Source: Macrostomum lignano (lineage: Eukaryota). From it: a stretch of DNA of 57,317 bases. Numbering within the stretch: position 1 is the first letter of the stretch; each line of letters opens with the position of its first letter. Location of the stretch: contig NIVC01004164.1 in assembly GCA_002269645.1 (NCBI GenBank), positions 1 to 57,317 of the forward strand. Direction: 5' to 3'. This document shows positions 24,273 through 34,303 of this stretch, piece after piece. The position numbers and the translations under genes were made by a program. The notes beneath the pieces were generated by a model that made no database searches, had not been told where the DNA came from, and saw nothing but the letters and a program-made list of their open reading frames with translations.

Positions 24273-26089
24273 TGCCTGACTACCAAGCAGCCACTCAAAG
24301 GTCCAAATCCCCGCTGCAGTCCTGGCGTGAGCAGCTCGCCCACAGCTTGCTGGCGGCAGCAGCTGAGGCCACTGGCTGCGCGGCCCCCCAGCCGGCTTGG
24401 CTGGCGCAGCTGCCCCGCAGCTACAGCCGCTACGGCGACCTGGCGCTGTTCCCAGAGGGCACCCTGGACCACCCCAGCTTCGCCGAGCTGGCCGCCTCGG
24501 GCCGGCTGTGGCCGACCGTCTGCGGCTTACTGAAAGTTCGCCGGCTGGCCGTCGTTCGCCGCGTCGCCCGCGATGGAGTCCGGAGCTCGCGCAGCCGCTT
24601 GCTGTACACCGAGCCCGGCTGCGACCCCGCCAGCGCCACCGTGGCCACCTGCGTTGAGCACGGAGTCTCGTTATCCTGGGACATTGCCGACTGCATGTTC
24701 AGCCGGGGCAACGCGGCCGAGAGGCATCGCCTGGTGCCGCTGGTGGCAGCGGCCGCTGCTGATGGCAGCGAGTCCTGCATTGTTGATCTGTTTGCCGGTG
24801 AGATCAGGGCGTTCCTGACTTCAGTTATGCTATAACTTTAGGTTGCCCCGATCCCCGCAGCCTTAACTAGGTTATCCCCATTCCCATTGCCTCAGGTTAT
24901 CCCCATTCCCACAGCCTCAGGTTATCCCCATTCCCACAGCCTCAGGTTATCCCCATTCCCACAGCCTCAGGTTATCCCCATTCCCACAGCCTCAGGTTAT
25001 CCCCATTCCCACAGCCTCAGGTTATCCCCATTCCCACAGCCTCAGGTTATCCCCATTCCCACAGCCTCAGGTTATCCCCATTCCCACAGCCTCAGGTTAT
25101 CCCCATTCCCACAGCCTCAGTTTATCCCCATTCCCACAGCCTCAGGTTATCCCCATTCCCACAGCCTCAGGTTATCCCCATTCCCACAGCCTCAGGTTAT
25201 CCCCATTCCCACAGCCTCAGGTTATCCCCATTCCCACAGCCTCAGGTTATCCCCATTCCCACAGCCTCAGGTTATCCCTCCATTTGTATCCGCACCACCT
25301 GCGCACCCTGGCTCCCTGGCAGGCATCGGTTACTTCACGCTGCCGCTGCTGGCCCGCACCGGGATCGCCCAGGTGATCGCCATCGACTGGAACCCGGCTG
25401 CCCTGCGCTGGCTGCGCCGCAACCTGCAGAACAATCGCATCGGCGAGTCGCGCTGCCGCGTCCTGCAGGGCGACAACCGGCTGGTGGCGCCCGCCGACCT
25501 GGCGGACCGAGTGCTCCTGGGCCTCGTGCCCAGCTCCCGCCTGTCCTGGCCAGCCGCCTGCCGCTGCCTGCGGCCCGCCGGCGGCTGGCTGCACGTGCAC
25601 GAGAACTGCGACTCGCCCAGGGAGGCGACCGGCTGCAACAAAGACCATCCGAATGCTGATGGAAGCGACAAAGACTCCGAGGATGCTTCTAGAACTGACA
25701 AAGACCTGTCTGTTCGCGGGAGCAGCGATGGCGCCTTTGGCGGCTTAGCAATCACCTCTAATTGCTTCTACAAAGACCGCGCCGCAACAGCCGCTGCACA
25801 CGCGGCTTTCCTGAACTCTCCGCATGCGCCTGCAGCGGAGCTGCCGCCGCCAGACGCCGCTGACTGCGACGAGGACCCGCTGGCGGAAGCGGCCGAGACG
25901 CCACCAGTCTGCAGCCGGTCGCGCCCGCACCCGGCCTGGCTGTCCATGGCCGCCTCGATGGCGCGCGAACTTCGGCGCCACATGCCGCCTGGCTGGCGCG
26001 TCAGAGTGGCGCGCATCCAGTTCGTGAAATGGTACGCTCCCCGCGTGGCGCATCTCGTGTTTGATGTGGAGTGCCGACCGGCCGGCTGA
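24272..26089 (+). CDS. TRMT12: tRNA wybutosine-synthesizing protein 2 (TYW2/TRMT12, Met-10+-like); N-terminus not located
   Basis: Exons ~24272-24797 and 25323-26089 (GT 24798, AG 25321-25322, phase 1 gives VDLFAG|IGYFTLP). LPRSYSRYGDL, CMFSRGN, DWNP, GDNR, ADRVLLGLVPSS, GWLHVHEN, VKWYAPRVAHLVFDVECRP. Confidence 0.9.
24890..25278. repeat. 25-bp intronic array (cctcaggttatccccattcccacag)
   Basis: About 15 units inside the TYW2 intron. Confidence 0.95.
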
Positions 26090-26280
26090 CCCGACCGGCT
26101 TTGCCTACTGTCAGTAGCGTAGCAGGCGTTTTGAGTTTTAATAGTAGATTGATTAGTGCGTGGGTTTTCTAATTATGCTCGAATTTTTGCAATTGTTTGC
26201 ATTTTAATTGAAATATATGCTTCATGCATCCTTAAATATTTTACACTATGAAATAATGCTTTCATTTGTTTTTTATTTAA

Positions 26281-27687
26281 AACTACCACTCAATCCCTGA
26301 TCAGTCCCTGAGTCTGCCTGTCCACTCAATCCCTGATCAGTCCTTGAGTCTGCCTGTCCACTCAATCCCTGATCAGTCCCTGAGTCTGCCTGTCCACTCA
26401 ATCCCTGATCAGTCCCTGAGTCTGCCTGTCCACTCAATCCCTGATCAGTCCCTGAGTCTGCCTGTCCACTCAATCCCTGATCAGTCCCTGAGTCTGCCTG
26501 TCCACTCAATCCCTGATCAGTCCCAGAGTCTGCCTGTCCACTCAATCCCTGATCAGTCCCAGAGTCTGCCTGTCCACTCAATCCCTGATCAGTCCCTGAG
26601 TCTACCTGTCCACTCAATCCCTGATCAGTCCCTGAGTCTGCCTGTCCACTCAATCCCTGATCAGTCTTTGAGTCTGCCTGTCCACTCAATCCCTGATCAG
26701 TCCCTGAGTCTACCTGTCCACTCAATCCCTGATCAGTCCCTGAGTCTGCCTGTCCACTCAATCCCTGATCAGTCCCTGAGTCTGCCTGTCCACTCAATCC
26801 CTGATCAGTCCCAGAGTCTGCCTGTCCACTCAATCCCTGATCAGTCCCAGAGTCTGCCTGTCCACTCAATCCCTGATCAGTCCCAGAGTCTGCCTGTCCA
26901 CTCAATCCCTGATCAGTCCCAGAGTCTGCCTGTCCACTCAATCCCTGATCAGTCCCTGAGTCTACCTGTCCACTCAATCCCTGATCAGTCCCTGAGTCTG
27001 CCTGTCCACTCAATCCCTGATCAGTCCTTGAGTCTGCCTGTCCACTCAATCCCTGATCAGTCCCTGAGTCTGCCTGTCCACTCAATCCCTGATCAGTCCC
27101 AGAGTCTGCCTGTCCACTCAATCCCTGATCAGTCCCTGAGTCTGCCTGTCCACTCAATCCCTGATCAGTCCCTGAGTCTGCCTGTCCACTCAATCCCTGA
27201 TCAGTCCCAGAGTCTGCCTGTCCACTCAATCCCTGATCAGTCCCAGAGTCTACCTGTCCACTCAATCCCTGATCAGTCCCTGAGTCTGCCTGTCCACTCA
27301 ATCCCTGATCAGTCCCTGAGTCTGCCTGTCCACTCAATCCCTGATCAGTCCCAGAGTCTACCTGTCCACTCAATCCCTGATCAGTCCCAGAGTCTGCCTG
27401 TCCACTCAATCCCTGATCAGTCCCTGAGTCTGCCTGTCCACTCAATCCCTGATCAGTCCCAGAGTCTGCCTGTCCACTCAATCCCTGATCAGTCCCAGAG
27501 TCTGCCTGTCCACTCAATCCCTGATCAGTCCCAGAGTCTGCCTGTCCACTCAATCCCTGATCAGTCCCAGAGTCTACCTGTCCACTCAATCCCTGATCAG
27601 TCCCTGAGTCTACCTGTCCACTCAATCCCTGATCAGTCCCTGAGTCTACCTGTCCACTCAATCCCTGATCAGTCCCTGAGTCTGCCT
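26281..27687. repeat. 36-bp intergenic array (ccactcaatccctgatcagtccctgagtctgcctgt)
   Basis: About 39 head-to-tail units, no spacers. Confidence 0.97.
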
Positions 27688-27727
27688 CAAAAGCCGTCAA
27701 CCTGAAGCTCACCCCTCACTCTTGCAG

Positions 27728-30362
27728 CGGCAATCCCTTCAACAGCAGCAGCTGGCCGCTGCCCTCCGCCAGCTGGCTTTGCTTCTTCCACGGCGCCGAC
27801 TTGCTGGCAGCTCTTCGTCATCCTCATCCGCGCCCGCTGCCACTCCCGCCCCGGCCGAGCCTCAGCGCCGCCCCCGCCGACAGTCGCCGGCGGCCGCCGC
27901 AGCCGCCGCCTCGGACGCAGCAGCCGCTGCGGTCGGCGCTGCCCCCTCGCCTGATGGCGTCCGGTCGACTCGGCTGCTCACCAACTCGCTGATGGGGCTG
28001 GGCAGCTGGAAGACGCGGATCAACTATCCCATTCTGGAGCAGCAGAGCATGCGGCAGGGCAAGTTGGTGCCGCGCATCACCTGCCAGTATGTCGGCAGCT
28101 GCACCTCCCAGGGCCGGCGCCAGTACCAGGAGGACCGGCTGGTGTACAAAGACCTGCAGGTGCGCTGTTCTATTCGGGTCTTTCAGCTTCCCGTAACCTC
28201 CGTCTTCAGGTTCCCCCAGCCCGTAACCTCCCTGTCTTCAGGTCCCCCCAGCCCGTAACCTCCCTGTCTTCAGGTTCCCCCAGCCCGTAACCTCCCTGTC
28301 TTCAGGTCCCCCCAGCCCGTAACCTCCCTGTCTTCAGGTTCCCCCAACCCGTTACCTCCCTGTCTTCAGGTCCCCCAGCCCGTAACCTCCGTCTTCAGGT
28401 CCCCCCAGCCCGTAACCTCCCTGTCTTCAGGTTTCCCCAACCCGTAACCTCCGTCTTCAGGTTCCCCCAACCCGTTACCTCCCTGTCTTCAGGTCCCCCA
28501 GCCCGTAACCACCCTGTCTTCAGGTCCTCCCAGCCCGTAACCTCCGTCTTCAGGTCCCCCCAGCCCGTAACCACCCTGTCTTCAGGTCCTCCCAGCCCGT
28601 AACCTCCGTCTTCAGGTCCCCCAGCCCGTAACCTCCGTCTTCAGGTCCCCCCAGCCCGTAACCTCCCTGTCTTCAGGTTCCCCCAACCCGTATTGAAGTG
28701 TTCGGATACTTCAGCTTGCAATGTGGGAGATCGCTACAGATAATCTCCCTGCCGCACCCAGGAGAACCTGCTGTTCATCGGGATATTCGACGGTCACGGC
28801 GACGCTGCGGCCGCCGACTTCCTGGTGGAGCGCCTGCCGGACCTCGCGCACTTCTGGTGCCGCCAGCAGCCGCGCTTGGACGTGGCGCTCCGCCGCTCCT
28901 TCGTGGAGGCTAACAACCTGTTCCAGCGTCACCTGCAGCGGCTCAGCAGCGGCCAGGCCGGTCGTTTCGCCAGCGGCTCCACCGCCACCGTCTGCCTGCT
29001 GCGCAACTCCACCGAACTGGCTGTGGCCAACGTCGGCGACTCCAAAGCGGTGCTGTGCCGCTCCGGCCGGCCTGAGCTGCTGTCGGTGGACCACGACCCC
29101 GCCCTGGAGGAGGAGCAGGCCCGCATTCACGCCCGCGGCGGGGTCGTCACCTCCAACAGTCTAGGCAACCCCGTGGTCAACGGCCGCCTCAGCATGACCA
29201 GGTGAGGTTGGGGCATTCTGATTCGCCTTTGACCATGTCTGATCTCCTGTGTCTGATCCTGTGTCTGATCCGCCTCTCCCTGTGTCTGATCCGCCTCTAC
29301 CTGTGTCTGATCTGCCTCTACCTGTGTCTGATCTGCCTCTACCTGTGTCTGATCTGCCTCTACCTGTGTCTGATCCGCCTCTCCCTGTGTCTGATCCGCC
29401 TCTACCTGTGTCTGATCCGCCTCTCCCTGTGTCTGATCCGCCTCTACCTGTGTCTGATCCGCCCCTATCTAGATCTGATCCGTCCCCATTTACATGTAGA
29501 TCTGATCCGCCCCCCTTTTTACATGTAGATCTGATCCGCCCCCATTTACATGTAGATCTGATCCGCCCCCTTTTTACATGTAGATCTGATCCGCCCCCCT
29601 TTTTACATGTAGATCTGATCCGCCCCCCTTTTTACATGTAGATCTGATCCGCCCCCCTTTTTACATGTAGATCTGATCCGCCCCCCTTTTTACATGTAGA
29701 TCTGATCCGCCCCCCTTTTTACCAGGGGCGTAGCCAGGAATTTCCTACGGGGGGGGATACACCAAGGTGAATTTCCTACGGGGGGGGATACACCAAGGTA
29801 AAAGTGCTCACATGGTAGCATGTATAGCGAAAAAGTGCAACAAAAAAGTTTTGGTCAGGCTCTTCGGGGGGGGATACATCCCCCCTGATCCCCCCCCTCC
29901 CTACGCCACTGCTTTTTACATGTAGATCTGATCCGCCCCCCTTTTTACATGTAGATCTGATCCGCCCCCCTTTTTACATGTAGATCTGATCCGCCCCTCC
30001 GACTTTGCCCCATCCGCAGGTCCATCGGAGACTGCGAGATGAAGCCCTTCGGCGTGACGGCGCAGCCCCACCTGCGCTGTCTGGAGGTTCGGCACGGCCG
30101 CGACGCCTTCCTGCTGCTGGTGACAGACGGAGTGGCCTTCGTGATGAGCGTCAAGGAGATGGTGGACATCGCGTCGACCTGCGCCACGCCGCAGGAGGCC
30201 GCCGAGATCATCGTTGACCAGGCGATGCAGTTCGGCAGCGAGGACAACACCACGGCGGTGATCCTACCGTTCGGCTCCTGGGGCAAGTACGCCAAGCAGA
30301 TGAGCTGCATGCCCTACTCCATGGGCCGCAACTTCCTGGCTAACCGCTTCACTTCCAGCTGA
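27728..30362 (+). CDS. PPM1K: Mitochondrial PP2C-family phosphatase, PPM1K/PP2Cm orthologue
   Basis: Exons 27728-28159, 28762-29201, 30020-30362 with phase-compatible GT/AG junctions. GSWKTRINYPIL, GRRQYQEDR, IFDGHG, SGSTATVCLL, ANVGDSKAVLCR, VNGRLSMTRSIGD, LVTDG, GSEDNTTAVILPFGSWGKY. No ATG at the 5' end of the first exon. Confidence 0.92.
28190..28692. repeat. ~30-bp array in PPM1K intron 1 (cccgtaacctccctgtcttcaggtcccccag)
   Basis: Direct reading. Confidence 0.92.
29232..30000. repeat. Two arrays in PPM1K intron 2 (21-bp gtgtctgatccgcctctacct, then ~30-bp tacatgtagatctgatccgcccccctttt)
   Basis: Direct reading; second array interrupted by a MITE. Confidence 0.92.
29723..29911. mobile_element. 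189-bp hAT-type MITE
   Basis: Termini CAGGGGCGTAG / CTACGCCACTG; exact 8-bp TSD ctttttac at 29715-29722 and 29912-29919. Confidence 0.92.
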
Positions 30363-30445
30363 ACTGCCCCTGCTTGCCGGCTCTGCTTGCTTCTGCTGCT
30401 CTGAACAATTGCTTACTTCTAGGGGCTGGTCCGTTGCCCTGAGAG

Positions 30446-30578
30446 GGATCATGGGGTTGGTGGTGAGGGTGCGGCTCAGGGAGTGAAGGATCATGGGGTT
30501 GGTGGTGAGGGTGCGGCTCAGGGAGTGAAGGATCATGGGGTTGGTGGTGAGGGTGTGGCTGAGGGAGTGAAGGACCAT
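30446..30578. repeat. 42-bp repeat x3 downstream of PPM1K
   Basis: gatcatggggttggtggtgagggtgcggctcagggagtgaag. Confidence 0.9.
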
Positions 30579-31094
30579 GAAGTCAAGTTGAAGCGACGCG
30601 AATCGCTCAGATCTAAATTTTTTTGTAAAAATTTATAGTTGTTTTTGTCGTATATTATTGTTAAAATTCGACGCGTCTACTGTCAGTAGTTTACCAATTT
30701 TTAACTATGGTGTCATTAGCAGCTGTTGCGTCAGTAGTTTTGCATTCTTGCGGCATTCAATACTGACAATAGTATAAATTCGATTAAACTACCTGTGAAC
30801 AAGACTGACTGTGCGTGAGTCTTTGTACTTATACAATATACTTATCTCATTCATAATGTACTTTGCACTATCAGACATTAGCAGCCAGACAGATTTAAGG
30901 CACTGTGTGATTCCCAGCCTACAGTGTATTTTTATTTTTGCCTTTTACTCGTATACACAGGTCGGCAAGAATCTCAAATAAACGGATCCACGATGTGGCG
31001 TCTCGCGCCGACTCCAGCATCGCTTCCTTATCGGATTTCGCCACCTTATCTGTGTTGCTTTTATTCTGCCAGTCCGATCCACTCGGACCATCCC

Positions 31095-31481
31095 CCCATG
31101 TACACCCGCCACTATCAGCCACCCAGCCCTCCCCCAATGTACACTCGCCACTATCAGCCACTCAGCCCCTCCCCCAATGTACACTCGCCACTATCAGCCA
31201 CTCAGCCCCTCACCCAATGTACACTCGCCACTATCAGCCACTCAGCCCCTCCCCCAATGTACACTCGCCACTATCAGCCACTCAGCCCCTCACCCAATGT
31301 ACACTCGCCACTATCAGCCACTCAGCCCCTCCCCCAATGTACACTCGCCACTATCAGCCACTCAGCCCCTCCCCCAATGTACACTCGCCACTATCAGCCA
31401 CTTAGCCCCTCCCCCAATGTACACTCGCCACTATCAGCCACTCAGCCCCTCCCCCAATGTACACTCGCCACTATCAGCCAT
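31095..31481. repeat. 40-bp array upstream of the DUF1295 gene
   Basis: tacactcgccactatcagccactcagcccctcccccaatg, about 9-10 units. Confidence 0.93.
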
Positions 31482-31526
31482 AAAACTTTCCCTTCCCACC
31501 TCCTGCTGTCCCACCTGAGCTCCGCA

Positions 31527-32915
31527 ATGGGTAACGCAGTTATCAAGCTGACAGGCCTCAGCATGGGGATCCAGTGGGCCTGCTTTCCCGTGGCCTACTA
31601 CCTGGGCACCGAGAAATTCTACGACATCGCCGGAGCTGTCACCCACCTCGCCCTGCTGGGATTCGCCACCAAGCGGCTGTTCCCTCCAGTTGGGCTGCGC
31701 GGCTGGGCGCCCGTCTGCATGGCCGGCCTGTGGACCCTTCGGCTGGGATGCTTCCTGGGCTACCGCGGCCTGCGCTCCGGTGACCGCCGATTCAACCGGA
31801 TCAAGGTGAGGGCATAGTTCAGGTGGTGTATATTAACTACCTGTTTCCTAATTTCGCTTAAACGTCTTATTATCTACCTGAATTCCAATGATATCAAACT
31901 AATCAAATCAAGCCCCAGCTTAATTGGGGTCCTAATCATCCCCAACTCTAATTATCCCTAACCCTAATCTCCCCAACCCTAATATCCCTAACCCTAATCT
32001 CCCGAACCCTAATCATCCCCAGCCCTAATCCCTTCCTTAATTATCCCCAACCCTTATCATCCCAAACCCTAATCCCATCCTTAATTATCCCCAACTCTAA
32101 TCATCCCGAACCCTAATCCTATCCTTAATTATCCCCAACTCTAATCATCCCGAACCCTAATCCTATCCTTAATTATCCCCAACTCTAATCATCTCGAACT
32201 CTATTCCCATCCTTAATTATCCTCAATTCTAATCATCTCGAACCCTAATCCTACCCTTAATTATCCCCAAATCTAATGATCCCGAACCCTAATCCCATCC
32301 TTAATTATCCTCAACTCTAATCATCTCGAACCCTAATCCTACACTTAATTATCCCCAAATCTAATCACCCCGAATCCCCAACCGGCATCTCCCCATCGCC
32401 AGACTCAGCCGGGCGCCTTCCTAGCCGCCTGGACCATGCAGGGCGCGTGGGCGCTGGGCAACCTGGCGCCAACCCTCACCGCTCTGGCCTGCATGTCGGC
32501 CGCCGGTGCCGCAGCGGCCCGCCGTCCGGTGTGCCTGCGCGAGCAGCTGGGCTGGGCGCTGTTCTGCTTCGGCCTGACCATCGAGGCCGTGGCCGACTGG
32601 CAGAAGCTGGCCTTCAGGTCCGACCCGGACAACGCCAGGCGCTTCATCTCCAGCGGGCTGTGGGCTCGCAGCCGGCACCCGAACTACTTTGGCGAGCTGT
32701 GCCTGTGGGCGGGCCTCGCCGCCTCCGCCTCCGCAAGCTTCAGCCGGCCGCTGCACTGGGCGAGCCTGGCCGGGCCGGTGCTGAACTCCTGCCTGGTGCT
32801 GTTCGTGTCCGGCCTGCCGCTGCTGGAGGCCGCGGCCAGGAAGCGTTGGGGCTCCGACCCCGCCTACCAGGAGTACGAGAGCCGGACTCCCCTGCTGGTG
32901 CCGCGCCTGTTCTAG
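31527..32915 (+). CDS. DUF1295 / steroid 5-alpha-reductase-like integral membrane protein
   Basis: Exons 31527-31805 and 32403-32915 (phase 0, RFNRIK|TQPGAF). TEKFYDIAG, LRLGCFLGYR, GDRRF, EAVADWQKLAF, FISSGLWARSRHPNYFGE, FVSGLPLLE, WGSDPAYQEY. Confidence 0.9.
31915..32385. repeat. Degenerate CCCTAA-containing intronic array
   Basis: ccctaaccctaatc and aaccctaatcc variants filling the DUF1295 intron. Confidence 0.75.
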
Positions 32916-33039
32916 GCTGCTGACCTTCCACTGACAAGACTTCTGTGTCCGCGTAGATTTAAACGATTCTTATCCTGATCGGGCTTTGATTTTGATGCTT
33001 GATTTATCTGGGGGTCGAGATTTTGATGAGATCTTTAAG

Positions 33040-33245
33040 TCAACTCTCTTAAAAGGGTGAGATTTTGAAGTTCCCATCTGATTGGGGTGAGATTTTGAAG
33101 TTCCCATCTGATTGGGGTGAGATTTTGAAGTTCCTATGTGATTGGGGTGAGATTTTGAAGTTCCTATGTAATTGGGGTGAGATTTTGAAGTTCCCATCTG
33201 ATTGGGTGAGATTTTGAAGTTCCCATCTGATTGGGGTGAGATCTG
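33040..33245. repeat. 30-bp array (gattttgaagttcccatctgattggggtga)
   Basis: About 6 units. Confidence 0.9.
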
Positions 33246-33611
33246 GCAGTTTGGAGTTTCTATATCGTCAGGATGAATCCGTTTAAGTTTTTGACGTTTT
33301 CTTCAAAATTGTGTTCTGAGAAATGCTTTAGAATGATTGGCCCAATGTGCACTGCTTAAATTCACTCGGAGATTTGATATTAAATTTGAGTCCTGTCTCC
33401 TACATGGCTTCTTTGTGAGTTGAGTTTTCTGGACTGTGGACTGTCTGATATCGATAAGACCGGAGCTGATTTGCTATTTTTATCAATGCGGTTCAATTTA
33501 AATTTTTCATTTCCACCTTAATTTTAGTATAAAAAAATATACCATCAACTTAGACCAACTTGTTCAATTTAGTTTTTCAATCCAATTCTAATCAGTCGCT
33601 TGTTCAGTAAG

Positions 33612-34282
33612 TCTGCCAGAACAAAGACCGCAGTGCACCAGTCACCTATTAATCAACGCCCAGGATTGCACCAGAACAAAGACCGCAGTGCACCAGTCAC
33701 TTATTCACCAGTGCCCAATATTACACCAGAACAAAGACCGCAGTGCACCAGTCACTTATTCACCAGTGCCCAAGATTACACCGGAACAAAGACCGCAGTG
33801 CACCAGTCACTTATTCATCAGTTCCCAAGATTACACCAGAACGAAGACCGCAGTGCACCAGTCACTTATTCACCAGTGCCCAAGATTACACCAGAACGAA
33901 GACCGCAGTGCACCAGTCACTTATTCACCAGTGCCCAAGATTACACCAGAACAAAGACCGCAGTGCACCAGTCACTTATTCACCAGTTCCCAAGATTACA
34001 CCAGAACGAAGACCGCAGTGCACCAGTCACTTATTCACGAGTGCCCAATATTACACCAGAACAAAGACCGCAGTGCACCAGTCACTTATTCACCAGTGCC
34101 CAAGATTACACCAGAACAAAAACCGCAGTGCACCAGTCACTTATTCACCAGTGCCCAAGATTACACCAGAACAAAGACCGCAGTGCACCAGTCACATATT
34201 CACCAGTGCCCAAGATTACACCAGAACAAAGACCGCAGTGCACCAGTCATTCACCAGTGCCCAGGCTCACACCAGAACAAAG
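33612..34282. repeat. 55-bp array upstream of the fourth gene
   Basis: gaccgcagtgcaccagtcacttattcaccagtgcccaagattacaccagaacaaa, about 12 units. Confidence 0.93.
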
Positions 34283-34303
34283 AATCCGCCGCTCTCCCCG
34301 CAG

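Noticed and set aside
26281-27687. 36-bp repeat array as a CRISPR array, or its 479/453-aa ORFs as genes
   Set aside because: Units are head-to-tail with no unique spacers, no cas genes, eukaryotic context; ORFs are just stop-free phases of the repeat.
33600-34300. Repeat-encoded N-terminal extensions of the ankyrin-like ORF
   Set aside because: 55-bp array open in all three frames and ending just before a clear acceptor at 34303.
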